Counted from the stretch's first letter, positions 21,119-31,422 are shown. The stretch is DNA of 64,000 nt from Spirochaetota bacterium (GCA_009787025.1 WRGT01000072.1:12393-76392); one strand, 5' to 3'. The notes: generated by a model from the sequence alone, not told the origin. Program-made: numbers and translations.

Positions 21119-21721
21119 TTATAGTATAAATTTAAATTTTATCATCCTGCGGCTTTTCTCTATCCTTTTGGTATAATCTCTATTCCATTCACTTTTTACA
21201 ATAACTAAATAGAATTCTTTTTGCATTACATTCCCAATATTATTTTTATCACCGGAACCGTCAAAATCAATAAAACTCGTTATCTCTCGTGTACATATAA
21301 ATCCATTTTCATTTTTAACAACACTGGTAAACCTGTGATCCTTATCGTCAACATAGTACCAATAGTTTGGAGATTTGTATGAAATATAAAGCGCAGAATT
21401 TTTATTGTAGAGTTCCTCAGTAATACCGGTATCTTTAAATCCGGCAAGTTCATCTAATGGAAGACCCTCGTTTGCATTATTAAATGTTTCGGGATGAAAA
21501 GAGGCATTCACCAACACGCTGTCAGGTTGTTTAAATCTGAATACTAATGAAAAATTTCTTCTCCTAATCTCAACCGCATCATCAACAATGGCAATATTCT
21601 GGTCACCCTGTTCAACAGATACGTCAATTCTGTCTGTTGAATCATCTTTTACAAGCTCTTTGTTTGAACAATTTAAAAATGCAATATTTATTAAAAACAT
21701 TAAGTATATAAATTTTCTCAT
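21119..21721 (-). CDS. hypothetical lipoprotein
   Basis: signal peptide with lipobox FLNCS. Confidence 0.5.
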   Translation of the reverse strand: MRKFIYLMFLINIAFLNCSNKELVKDDSTDRIDVSVEQGDQNIAIVDDAVEIRRRNFSLVFRFKQPDSVLVNASFHPETFNNANEGLPLDELAGFKDTGITEELYNKNSALYISYKSPNYWYYVDDKDHRFTSVVKNENGFICTREITSFIDFDGSGDKNNIGNVMQKEFYLVIVKSEWNRDYTKRIEKSRRMIKFKFIL

Positions 21722-21751
21722 TTCATTAAGCCATATTCAATGGTTATATAA

Positions 21752-22300
21752 TTAAACTTTAAATCTCTTTGTCTCTTTATTTTTTATAATAAAAAATTGT
21801 AAAGATTTTTTTATTAACAAATACAATAACATGGAAAAAATAATTCCAACTATACAATATAAAATTGAATCTAAATTAAATGAAATGCCCGGAACAAAAT
21901 CTTTATAGGTCCCCTTAAAAATATCAAAATCCATACTTTTCAAAAAAACAAAAAATTTCTTAATGCCGCTTGACTCCGACAAATTCTGTAAAGCTAATGA
22001 AAGCTCATTAAATCTCTCCATATTATCAGTCATCAACTTTCCCGTTGATACAAACTCTTTAACATCGTAATTCAAATGGAGTCCAATATATTCTTCAACC
22101 GTTCTGCCATTTACAGATGCAGCAGATTTATACTGTTTTACTAAGCGGGCAAGTTCGTCAACATGACCTCCAAGTCTCTGCTGGTATTGTACAATAAATG
22201 TCGGAATTTGAATAAATACTATAGCTCCAATTACTGATACTATCCTGTCAATGATTGATTCTAAAAAAATTAGAGGTTTGAGTAAAATCTTACTGCCCAT
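21752..22300 (-). CDS. hypothetical membrane protein (possibly DUF2937-like)
   Basis: N- and C-terminal hydrophobic helices; pattern FIQIPTFIVQYQQRLGGH. Confidence 0.4.
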   Translation of the reverse strand: MGSKILLKPLIFLESIIDRIVSVIGAIVFIQIPTFIVQYQQRLGGHVDELARLVKQYKSAASVNGRTVEEYIGLHLNYDVKEFVSTGKLMTDNMERFNELSLALQNLSESSGIKKFFVFLKSMDFDIFKGTYKDFVPGISFNLDSILYCIVGIIFSMLLYLLIKKSLQFFIIKNKETKRFKV

Positions 22301-22301
22301 C

Positions 22302-22712
22302 TTATACCTCTTGTTTACTATTATTAATAATATTGGAATCCATTATACATGTTGATAGAATTCCGCCTCTTATATTATATACGGTTTTTATTGAAAGGAA
22401 AACAGGCTTTATAAAGTTCCATATATCTTTATAAATTCTGTCGGTAACAGCCTCCTGGTAAATCCCAACATTTCTGTATGATGTGAAATAGTATTTGAGA
22501 GATTTAAGTTCAATGATTTTGTCAGATGGAATATACTCAATCTCTACATGGGCAATATCCGGGAGACCGGAAAAGGGACATACTGCGCTAAATTCATCTG
22601 TTTCATATTTTATCTTTTGGGCTTGTCCTGTATAGGCAATACTTTCAAGAAACTTTGTTTCTATATAACTTTCATCCTCAAAAGTAAATATCTTCCCTTC
22701 TGCTAATGGCAT
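22302..22712 (-). CDS. queF: NADPH-dependent 7-cyano-7-deazaguanine reductase (preQ1 synthase), single-domain type
   Basis: QueF motif ELKSLKYYF and catalytic Cys context [10 protein letters not shown]; 136 aa. Confidence 0.75.
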   Translation of the reverse strand: MPLAEGKIFTFEDESYIETKFLESIAYTGQAQKIKYETDEFSAVCPFSGLPDIAHVEIEYIPSDKIIELKSLKYYFTSYRNVGIYQEAVTDRIYKDIWNFIKPVFLSIKTVYNIRGGILSTCIMDSNIINNSKQEV

Positions 22713-22781
22713 AGCTTCTACCTTATATGTTAGTAATTTTTATAAAACTATAATTCTCAGCCGGTTAAATAAGATTCATTC

Positions 22782-23438
22782 TTATGAACGATTATCTTTT
22801 ATTTTAAAAACAGCCTTCTTTTCATCTGTAACTGTAAATTCAGCATCACAGAACGGACAGAGATGATTTCCAAATTCATTAATTCTAATTAATGAATTAC
22901 ATCTAATACATTCAATAACAAAATTTTCAAATGAATTAATTTCATCATATTCATTTATAATTGACTTTAATTCTAACGGTTCAACATTATCAATATTAAA
23001 TGAAGCAAACTCATCTTCCTTATCTTTTTGCTCACTTAAAGTAAAATCATCATAATCATATAGTTCCCCCTTGTCAGGAAAGAGTTCTATACGCTTATCA
23101 AGTATTTGCAGCGCCTCTGCTCTATTAGAGGCTATAGTTAAAACTTTATCAAACCCAAGAAGTCTAAAAAGAGAGAATACTTCAAAATTGAGATTAAAAA
23201 AGATTGCAAACCCGTTTTTTTCACTGACCTTCTTTTGAATCATTAGTACGGCTCCGATACCTTCACTGCTTATATAATTCAAATTTTTCATATCTATCAG
23301 CATATAGATAACATTATTCTCAAGAAGTTTATCAATATATTCATCAAAATCAGGAGACGATTCGCTATTGAGCTCGCCGTCTATCTCAATTATTGAAGTT
23401 GAATCTTTTCCAAAATCTATATGATTAATAAAAAACAT
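22782..23438 (-). CDS. STAS-domain protein (anti-sigma-factor-antagonist fold) with C-terminal zinc ribbon
   Basis: STAS-like N-terminal half (LIDMKNLNYISSEGIGAVL); C-terminus CIRCNS...CPFC. Confidence 0.5.
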   Translation of the reverse strand: MFFINHIDFGKDSTSIIEIDGELNSESSPDFDEYIDKLLENNVIYMLIDMKNLNYISSEGIGAVLMIQKKVSEKNGFAIFFNLNFEVFSLFRLLGFDKVLTIASNRAEALQILDKRIELFPDKGELYDYDDFTLSEQKDKEDEFASFNIDNVEPLELKSIINEYDEINSFENFVIECIRCNSLIRINEFGNHLCPFCDAEFTVTDEKKAVFKIKDNRS

Positions 23439-23440
23439 CT

Positions 23441-24574
23441 TTACCTCTTATTTCCAATTGGTATAGCATCTCTTATCTCTTTGTTCAATGTTTTTTTATG
23501 ATCATTAATATTCACAATCGGAGCAATATACTCTTTAACTCTATCAGGTCTCTTTTTCACTTCTGCTGATCTCTTATCCGATTCAATCTCCCCTAAAAAC
23601 TCTACAGTTATAAATTCATCATCATCCATTTGACTATGACTCTTTTTTGGTTTATAAAAATCTGCCTGATCTTCTTTATGTATGTTTTCTACTTCATTTA
23701 TATCAAAATCGTCAAAATCATTACCTGTAAAATCTCTCTTAAAAGTCTCTTCATAATCTTTATCTAAATTAATGTAATTATTCTCAGGTGCTGCTTTAAT
23801 TGGATAATAATAATCTCCATAATTATCATGCTGCAAGGCATTCGACTGTATTGAACGGTATCTGAAAAATATTATTAACGAAACTAAAAAAGAGATAACT
23901 GCTGAGATAGCAATTATCAGTATAGAATAATATTTAATCATGTCTATTGATTGTCTAATTGAGGCATATATACGCTCTTTGCTTATAATAAAATTTACAG
24001 TACCGATTGGCTCTCCATTGTAGAATATACATCTGCTACAAATCCATCCTGTGCTGTTTAAATCTTTGTTAATATATTTACACAAAATTTCTCTTTCCCA
24101 TTTTTTGAAAGGAATAAGTTTATAAGTTATATCAGTTATATTATAGTTATCCCAAATTAACTCATAACTCTTTCTATAAACCGGTTCAAGTATCACATCA
24201 ACATTATAGTGTATTCCATCTTTGTTAATATTCCCATTTAACTTTTCCTCTTTTGCCGGATTTGAGTGGGCAAGAATATCACAGTTTTTTAAAACAAAAA
24301 AAGCCTCATCAAGACTACTTTTAATCTTCTTATGGAAAAGATCTTTAAGTTTAGCATAGTCTTTTTTCGGATAGCTGAATTCCGCCACATTTGCAAAAGA
24401 CTCTGTCGTAATTTTAGAATAACTGATTGTATAATTTATCTCTGCAATAGTCTTTTTACCGGTTAAATAGATAACTCCCGCTATCCCTATAATTGATTCT
24501 ATTAAAAGCAGCAAAAAGAATATCCCAATCGGGAAAATGATTCTTTTAAGTTTTCTTTTTTTTATATCAGTCAT
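23441..24574 (-). CDS. two-TM membrane protein with periplasmic sensor-like domain and acidic cytoplasmic tail
   Basis: TM1 IFPIGIFFLLLLIESIIGIAGVIYL, about 170-aa extracytoplasmic segment, TM2 ILIIAISAVISFLVSLIIFF, D/E-rich C-terminus. Confidence 0.5.
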   Translation of the reverse strand: MTDIKKRKLKRIIFPIGIFFLLLLIESIIGIAGVIYLTGKKTIAEINYTISYSKITTESFANVAEFSYPKKDYAKLKDLFHKKIKSSLDEAFFVLKNCDILAHSNPAKEEKLNGNINKDGIHYNVDVILEPVYRKSYELIWDNYNITDITYKLIPFKKWEREILCKYINKDLNSTGWICSRCIFYNGEPIGTVNFIISKERIYASIRQSIDMIKYYSILIIAISAVISFLVSLIIFFRYRSIQSNALQHDNYGDYYYPIKAAPENNYINLDKDYEETFKRDFTGNDFDDFDINEVENIHKEDQADFYKPKKSHSQMDDDEFITVEFLGEIESDKRSAEVKKRPDRVKEYIAPIVNINDHKKTLNKEIRDAIPIGNKR

Positions 24575-24737
24575 ATATTTTAATCCAAGTTCATTATTTA
24601 CTTTTTTTAATAGAATTACTTTATATCTTTAAAATATTATTGCAATTCTAAAATTACAAATTTATATTTATTATCGGTTCAATTTTTATTTAGTTTGATA
24701 AAAAAAGACCCTTAATATTGTATGATTTATTAATGAT

Positions 24738-25760
24738 ATGAATGATCCGTTAGAAATAACTTTTGAAGAATCATTAAAGTTAGATAATCCATTGTATGTT
24801 GATGTTAGAGCGCCCATTGAATATGATGAAGATCATATACCCGGCGCAATAAATCTTCCAATATTTAATGATGAAGAAAGAAAAGAGGTAGGGACTCTAT
24901 ATAAAATTCTTGGGAAGGATGAAGCTATAAAACGCGGCGCTGAGATTGGCGGAAAAAGAATTGTTGATATTATAAAATCTTTGACTGATATTAAAGATAA
25001 AACAATAATAATCTACTGCGCCAGAGGAGGAATGAGATCCGCTTCGGTAGCATCTATAATAAACTCGCTTGGAACAAAAACTTATAAAATTATAAACGGA
25101 TATAAATCATTTAGAAAAAACGTATTAGAATATCTCTCAACAGTGATAATTAAACCAAAAATTTTTATTCTTCAAGGATTTACAGGTACGGGGAAAACAG
25201 AAATTTTAAGGTTCATAAATAATAGCATAGATCTTGAAGCAATTGCCGGTCATAGAAGTTCAATTTTTGGAGGAATAGGATTACGGCAAAAAAGTCAGAA
25301 GTTTTTTGAAACCTCTTTATGGAACAGACTTGAAGAATTAAAAAATGAAAAATTCATTATTTTTGAAGGAGAATCAAGGAAGATAGGAAATCTTCACATA
25401 CCTGAAAATATATTCAACCAGATGAGAGAAGGAGCAATGATAAACATTGAGGCTCCTATGGGAAAAAGAATAGAAATAATAAGGAATGAATATTCCGAAT
25501 TTTGTATGAATGAAGCAATTTTAAAGATTGTTAATTCTTTGAGGAAGAGATTGGGTTCAAAAAAGACCGATATGCTAATTGAATTTTATAATAATGGCAA
25601 TATAGATGAGTTTATTAGAATTCTTCTTTTAGATTATTACGATATCCTATATAAGCATACTTTAGATAGATATGAATATATAGATACAGTAATAAATAAC
25701 AATTCTAAAGAAGCCTGTAATAGAGTATTAGAAATAATCGATAAATATATGGATATGTAA
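24738..25760 (+). CDS. selU: tRNA 2-selenouridine synthase (MnmH/SelU)
   Basis: rhodanese Cys loop IIYCARGGMRS plus P-loop GFTGTGKT, 340 aa. Confidence 0.75.
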   Translation: MNDPLEITFEESLKLDNPLYVDVRAPIEYDEDHIPGAINLPIFNDEERKEVGTLYKILGKDEAIKRGAEIGGKRIVDIIKSLTDIKDKTIIIYCARGGMRSASVASIINSLGTKTYKIINGYKSFRKNVLEYLSTVIIKPKIFILQGFTGTGKTEILRFINNSIDLEAIAGHRSSIFGGIGLRQKSQKFFETSLWNRLEELKNEKFIIFEGESRKIGNLHIPENIFNQMREGAMINIEAPMGKRIEIIRNEYSEFCMNEAILKIVNSLRKRLGSKKTDMLIEFYNNGNIDEFIRILLLDYYDILYKHTLDRYEYIDTVINNNSKEACNRVLEIIDKYMDM

Positions 25761-25929
25761 TATATTTAAATTAATCTTATTATTAATTATTTGACATTTA
25801 AATCAAATTATTTCTTAATTACCTATAGGATATATTTTATTATAGTGATATTAATATAGTAATTGACATCTTTAAGTCTGTATGTTAACTTATGAAAAAT
25901 GATTTTAAAATTATGGAGGCAATGCTCAT

Positions 25930-26496
25930 ATGAAAAAAATGGTATCAATTGCATTTTTAACGCTTTTAATCGGCTGCGGCGGCAGCACAACCTATAAAGA
26001 CCCAAGCAAAGCAACAGGGTCTATGGAATGGGGACCAAAAGAGATTAAAGTAACCGTAGATAAAATGGTAACTTCGCTTTATTCTTTTTTAAAGGATGAA
26101 TATAAAAAACCTGCATTTATTCAGGTAAAAAGATTTCAAAATAAAACATCCGAACATATTGATACGGCGCTAATATCTAACGAGATTCAGACAAAATTAA
26201 TTCAAAAGCGTATAAAATTCATAGATGATTCTCTTGAAGCTGATGCATTAAAAGAGATGGAAAAAGGCATGACAGGATTAGTAAATCCTGATGATGCAAT
26301 ACCGATTGGAGAATTAAAATCTCCCAACCTTTATCTAACAGGTGATATTAGAGAAAATGTAAGATATGTAAACGGTAGAACGGTGCAGTATCTTCAAGTT
26401 ACGCTTAGATTAAACAGTCTTAGAACAAATGTTGTAGAGTGGCAGGAGCAGCAAGAGTTCCTGAAATCTACTAAAAGTAATAAGGTAAGTTTCTAA
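25930..26496 (+). CDS. lipoprotein, possibly LpoB-like
   Basis: lipobox LIGCGG; size and pattern reminiscent of LpoB-family lipoproteins (uncertain). Confidence 0.45.
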   Translation: MKKMVSIAFLTLLIGCGGSTTYKDPSKATGSMEWGPKEIKVTVDKMVTSLYSFLKDEYKKPAFIQVKRFQNKTSEHIDTALISNEIQTKLIQKRIKFIDDSLEADALKEMEKGMTGLVNPDDAIPIGELKSPNLYLTGDIRENVRYVNGRTVQYLQVTLRLNSLRTNVVEWQEQQEFLKSTKSNKVSF

Positions 26497-26524
26497 TATA
26501 TTAAAATTTTATTGGAGAAAATCA

Positions 26525-27925
26525 ATGAAGAAAATAAGGAATGCATCATTAGCCATTCTGATTGTCCTTGTATTCATTTCTTGTAAAACTAAAAGCTATG
26601 ATAAAGAGATGATGGCCTCTGAAGAGTTATTTTATAACGGACAGTATTTAGAAGCTGCAAGACTTCTTCTCCCAAATGTAAATAAAGCTGGCAAGGATGA
26701 ATTTCTCTTCATGATGGAGTGCGGGCTTATGCTTCATAGCGGCGGAGATTATGAGACAAGTAATAAGGTTTTGTTAAAAGCAGGTAAACTTGCAAAAATA
26801 ATTCCTATCAGCATAACCCAACAAGTTGCTTCATTTCTTACTAATGACACAAACACAAATTATAGAGGAGAAGATTTTGAAAAGGTTCTTGTCCATATGT
26901 ATCTGGGTATCAATTTCTTAATGCTTGGTAAATACGATGATGCAAGGGTTGAATTCTTATCTGTTAACAATGAACTATCAAAAATTAAAAGCGAAGATGG
27001 AAAAGCATTATATAAGCAAAATATTATGGCAAAATACCTGACAGCTATAGCATTTGAGATGGTTGGAGAAAAAGATAATGATTTAAAAGATATTGAGTTT
27101 GCATATGTTGAATATAAGCAGGTATATGCCCTTGATTCAAAATTAGATATAGTTAAGGATGACCTGCTTAGAGTATCAAAAAGATTAGGATATGATGATG
27201 ATTATAATGAATGGAAAAGAACCTTTGGAAGGAGTTACAATGAAGATTCTGATACCGGTGAACTAATTACAATTTTTCAAGCAGGAAGGAGCGCAATAAA
27301 AAAATCAAGAGGTCCGATTTTAGAAGACAAAACAATGGCCAACGCCTTAAGGGCTACAATAAATTCAGCCTCTTTAGCGCAAGGTATTACAATTTCTACA
27401 GTATTAGTCACTTTAAATCAAGCAGAAAATCCCATTCCTAAATTTGAAAAAAGATCTAACAAAGTAAACAAGATGCGAATCGAATCCGGAGGAAAAGCCA
27501 TTAATACAATAATACTTGAAAATGTAGAAAAAACGGCAATCCAAAATCTTGAAGATAGTTACAGTAAACTATATTTAAAACTGGCAGCTTCAATTGCTAC
27601 GAAGGCTATAGCATCATTAGCAGCAGGTTTAGCTGCCGAAGCTGTAGCAAAACAATTTCAAGCGACAAAGGGTTTTGCAAGCCTTATTGGTACTGTTGCC
27701 GGCGGTGGAACTGCAGTAGCTCTATTTTCGCAGATGAAACCTGATCTGCGCTGTTGGCATACACTCCCTGCTAATTTTCAATTAGGCAGAATGATGTTAA
27801 AGCCCGGAACGCAAACGGTAAATTTTGTACTTATAGGGAACAACGGAGCTGTTGAGCGCATAGAAAAAACCGTTGAAATAAAAAAAGGACAAAAGACTCT
27901 GGTAAATATGAGAACACTTTATTAG
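26525..27925 (+). CDS. hypothetical lipoprotein with TPR-like N-terminal half
   Basis: signal peptide with lipobox FISCK; Ala-rich helical C-terminal region. Confidence 0.45.
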   Translation: MKKIRNASLAILIVLVFISCKTKSYDKEMMASEELFYNGQYLEAARLLLPNVNKAGKDEFLFMMECGLMLHSGGDYETSNKVLLKAGKLAKIIPISITQQVASFLTNDTNTNYRGEDFEKVLVHMYLGINFLMLGKYDDARVEFLSVNNELSKIKSEDGKALYKQNIMAKYLTAIAFEMVGEKDNDLKDIEFAYVEYKQVYALDSKLDIVKDDLLRVSKRLGYDDDYNEWKRTFGRSYNEDSDTGELITIFQAGRSAIKKSRGPILEDKTMANALRATINSASLAQGITISTVLVTLNQAENPIPKFEKRSNKVNKMRIESGGKAINTIILENVEKTAIQNLEDSYSKLYLKLAASIATKAIASLAAGLAAEAVAKQFQATKGFASLIGTVAGGGTAVALFSQMKPDLRCWHTLPANFQLGRMMLKPGTQTVNFVLIGNNGAVERIEKTVEIKKGQKTLVNMRTLY

Positions 27926-28045
27926 ATAATTATGCCTATGAATAAATGTCACAAAACAAATTCGGGAGATGAAAAGTCTCCCGTTTTTTTGGCAATGGCT
28001 TTAGAAAAATTCAGCAGTAAATCCATAGATATTAAAGATATAAAA

Positions 28046-28720
28046 ATGAAAGATAAGAAAAAACCTTTTATCTATTTAATGATTATCATTTTTTTCAGTT
28101 GTTCAAGTACTGATAAAATATCTTTTTACAGAGCAGTGGAAAAGGCTGATACTGAGATTATAAACGGAAAGGTTGGGCTTATTAGAACTATCTATTGTGA
28201 TATATACATTGAGCATATTGATACTAATACATGGAAATATATTAATAAATATAATACATTTAAAGGAGGCGGTATTGAATCTCCCTCTGATCCGTGTTTT
28301 CATTTCATAATAGAAAATACATGGAATAAACCAATAGTAATTGATAAGATTGAAATTATAAATAAGGATAATATAGCTCAATCCGAAGATTATAGTTTTA
28401 TACAAGATAAAAATTATCTTGAAGATAGATATACAATAAACATTTCATCTCTCTTAAAGAGTAGAAGAATATTATCTGAACACATTTTAGTTAAAGATAT
28501 AGATTTTGAAGATGAAACTACTCTATACAAACTGTACTTTATAGCGCCGGGAGACAAAGTATCTTTTTTTAGACTTTTTTCAAATATACCTTCCGGCAAA
28601 TTATCCAAGATAAGAGTGTCTATAAAATATTCGGATTTAAAAAAAGTTATTGATTTTGACATTGACCGCTTTGATAATAATGATATTGAAGAAGTTAATC
28701 GCTACATGGAGTTTCTATAA
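28046..28720 (+). CDS. hypothetical lipoprotein (ORF extends to 27932; start set at internal Met preceding signal peptide)
   Basis: MKDKKKPFIYLMIIIFFSCSS signal/lipobox at residue 39 of the track ORF. Confidence 0.45.
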   Translation: MKDKKKPFIYLMIIIFFSCSSTDKISFYRAVEKADTEIINGKVGLIRTIYCDIYIEHIDTNTWKYINKYNTFKGGGIESPSDPCFHFIIENTWNKPIVIDKIEIINKDNIAQSEDYSFIQDKNYLEDRYTINISSLLKSRRILSEHILVKDIDFEDETTLYKLYFIAPGDKVSFFRLFSNIPSGKLSKIRVSIKYSDLKKVIDFDIDRFDNNDIEEVNRYMEFL

Positions 28721-29296
28721 TTGGATAATCCTTTTCGTCGTATTTTTATAGCTCTTCCTGTAAATGATGATGTAATAATTCAATCATTAAGTTCAGTTGT
28801 TGATAATCTCACAAAGTATAGATCCATTTTAAAGATTGTTTCTCCTATAAATTATCACATAACAGTAAAATTTTTTGGTCAGGTTGAATCTAATATTGTT
28901 GAATCATTAACAGAATCATTTCTGTCTCTAACTCAACTGAATATGGTAAATTATAATATAGACAAAATCAGCGCTTTTTCAACGAAAGGCAATCCATCTG
29001 TTATTTGGGCAGGATTAAAATGCTCGGAAGAACCTCTTATAAATATAATTAACTCCATTAATGAACTGTCATTATTGTTTAAATTTCCTGTTGAAAAAAG
29101 AAAATTTATTCCACATTTAACGCTTGCAAGAATTAAAAATAATGAAAAGGTACCTTTAGAATTAAAAAATTATCTAAATTCCAATATTGAATTAAAATCT
29201 TTTTCATCAGTATTTAACGAACTAATTCTTTTTGAATCTATATTAAAAAAGACCGGACCTGAATATAAAAAACTTGGAGTAATAAATCTAATTTAA
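28721..29296 (+). CDS. ligT: RNA 2',3'-cyclic phosphodiesterase (2H phosphoesterase, LigT/ThpR)
   Basis: two HxT motifs: HITVKF and HLTLAR. Confidence 0.7.
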   Translation: MDNPFRRIFIALPVNDDVIIQSLSSVVDNLTKYRSILKIVSPINYHITVKFFGQVESNIVESLTESFLSLTQLNMVNYNIDKISAFSTKGNPSVIWAGLKCSEEPLINIINSINELSLLFKFPVEKRKFIPHLTLARIKNNEKVPLELKNYLNSNIELKSFSSVFNELILFESILKKTGPEYKKLGVINLI

Positions 29297-29678
29297 TAAT
29301 TGATTATGGTTGTACATGTCAAATAACATGTCAGACTCGGCGTGACTATGTCGGGCTCAGCGCGATTAGTTACATAATACGTCATCGTGAGCCGTGTTAA
29401 AGTTCGTCAGCAAGAACAAAGTAAACTCGGCGTGACGATCCAGTGGAATAATTTTACTTACAGTACTTTGTATGTCATTGCTGTATGTAGTTATAGGATT
29501 AAATCTAAAAATCGGATGATAATACTATAGTTAATTAAACCTCTGGATTGCCACGCGCAGATTACACAGTCTATACTGAACATTCCAGATGCGCTCGCAA
29601 TGACATAAAATACATATAACTAATTATTTAACATATACAATAACGAATCATCAAATCTTAAACATTGGAGAGGAATTA

Positions 29679-30434
29679 ATGCCGCTTTTACTTAATCAAC
29701 CTGAACTTTTATCAAAAGATCACTATCTCCTGAAAATAGAGACGAAAGAATCGAATTTTAACCCGGGACAATTTATAAATATAAAAACATCAGCTAATAC
29801 CGACCCCCTTCTTAGAAGACCTATTTCAATATTTGATGCAGAGGGAAATAGTATTAGTATAGTTGTGAGAGTAATAGGAAAAGGAACTGAGCTTATTAGC
29901 CGCATGAAACCCGGAGATATGGATGTCATTGGTCCATTAGGAAAAGGTTTTACAATAGAAAAAAATAAAAAGGTTATCCTCATTGGAGGCGGAGTAGGAA
30001 ATGCGCCTTTATATTATTTGATGAAAAAATTGAATGATGAAGGAACTAAAGTTACATACATTTATTCTGTTAAGAATAAAGACTTTATCTTTGAAAAAAA
30101 CAAATTTAAAACTCTTGCCGATGAATTTTTTATCACTACAGATGACGGTTCCGAAGGTATAAAAGGGATGGCTGTAGATGTTTTAAGAGATAAAATATCA
30201 TCAAAAGATTATGATAGAATTTATTGCTGCGGACCAGAGCCTATGATGGAAAAAATTGTGCAACTTGCAAATACAAATACGCCTGTTGAAGTTTCAGTTG
30301 AAAATTATTTCGGGTGCGGAGTGGGACTATGCGTTGGCTGTACTGTTGATACTGTAGAAGGCTATAAAAGGGCTTGTGTTGACGGACCGGTATTTGACGG
30401 CAGAGTGATTCTGTGGGATAAGATGGGGGGATAA
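29679..30434 (+). CDS. pyrK: PyrK-family FAD/NAD(P)-binding oxidoreductase with C-terminal 2Fe-2S (dihydroorotate dehydrogenase electron-transfer subunit-like)
   Basis: FAD-binding RRPIS, NAD GGGVGNAP, C-terminal CGVGLCVGC cluster; no pyrD adjacent. Confidence 0.65.
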   Translation: MPLLLNQPELLSKDHYLLKIETKESNFNPGQFINIKTSANTDPLLRRPISIFDAEGNSISIVVRVIGKGTELISRMKPGDMDVIGPLGKGFTIEKNKKVILIGGGVGNAPLYYLMKKLNDEGTKVTYIYSVKNKDFIFEKNKFKTLADEFFITTDDGSEGIKGMAVDVLRDKISSKDYDRIYCCGPEPMMEKIVQLANTNTPVEVSVENYFGCGVGLCVGCTVDTVEGYKRACVDGPVFDGRVILWDKMGG

Positions 30435-30515
30435 TTCTTCGGCGCTACCGTATGGGCTACAAGCCCTCGACAGCCCATTGAGTTCTTAATCTTTTTTGTT
30501 AGTTCCCGTTAATTC

Positions 30516-31352
30516 TCAGTTTTCTTCCAACAGCCTCTTCCCTGAATTATTAGCGCTAAGTTTGCTAACAGCAGGTCTGCCTGTGCTTTTCTCAATCTGT
30601 TTGCGTGCGACTTTTGCAGCTTTCGCGCCTTCTTGGGCAACTTCAGCGCTTTCATCAAATCCACTCGGCTGCCTTACTATCGAAATATCCGTAGCTGCAA
30701 CTTCAGCGAGCATATTCAGCACAAGTTCCGTGTTGGTCATATTATCGCGTAGATTTTCTTTTTTCAGCCCCTTATATTTTTTATACTCACGGGTGGTCAT
30801 GCCGCTCCATGTCTTGCTCATCAAATCGGTGAGTGCAGAATACTCCGTACCTTGCTTAACGCCGCTTTTATCCCATTCGTCTGTTAGAGCTTTGCGGACT
30901 TCGATTAATTTAATACGTTGATTTATCCAACTTTCGCTGTAACCCAAACGCCGGTAATTTTGTATAGCACGGTCGATTGATTGTTCCGGATCAACCGTTT
31001 CGTCAATACGCTCATTACCTACTTTGGCAAGCCATAATTTAAACGGCTCTGCCCTTTTGCTTGGTATGGATTGAATAAGGCGCAGAATCTGTTCTGTGTC
31101 TGCAACATCGGTGAGCCGCATTTTACCATCCGGTGAAAGCATTTTCAAACCGTGACAATTTGTCACGGTTTCATTTCCTTCTTCTTTCAATCGTTGTTTC
31201 AATTTCCTCCAATATGCTTGAGCATCTGCGCTATCGGTCAATACCGAAACAACATCCACAATCGAAAACCACCATTTTTCCGCTTCTTCATCCCATACGG
31301 CGCGGACTTGTTTTTCTCCAAAAAGTTTGATTTTTTCTTTTGATTCACTCAT
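30516..31352 (-). CDS. DinD-like (DNA-damage-inducible protein D) / Bro-N domain protein
   Basis: Bro-N pattern IKLFGEKQVRAVWDEEAEKWWFSIVDV; C-terminal half KKYKGLKKENLRDNMTNTELVLNMLAEVA parallels E. coli DinD; GC about 42%. Confidence 0.7.
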   Translation of the reverse strand: MSESKEKIKLFGEKQVRAVWDEEAEKWWFSIVDVVSVLTDSADAQAYWRKLKQRLKEEGNETVTNCHGLKMLSPDGKMRLTDVADTEQILRLIQSIPSKRAEPFKLWLAKVGNERIDETVDPEQSIDRAIQNYRRLGYSESWINQRIKLIEVRKALTDEWDKSGVKQGTEYSALTDLMSKTWSGMTTREYKKYKGLKKENLRDNMTNTELVLNMLAEVAATDISIVRQPSGFDESAEVAQEGAKAAKVARKQIEKSTGRPAVSKLSANNSGKRLLEEN

Positions 31353-31422
31353 AATAGCTCCATAATATATTAATATTTCTTGTCAATATAAAATCCGAGG
31401 CTTGCAAAATCCTACCATGTAC

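Noticed and set aside
28103-28662. Two minus-strand ORFs (100 and 82 aa) inside the third lipoprotein gene
   Set aside because: They are embedded antisense in a longer ORF that has a signal peptide. No motifs.
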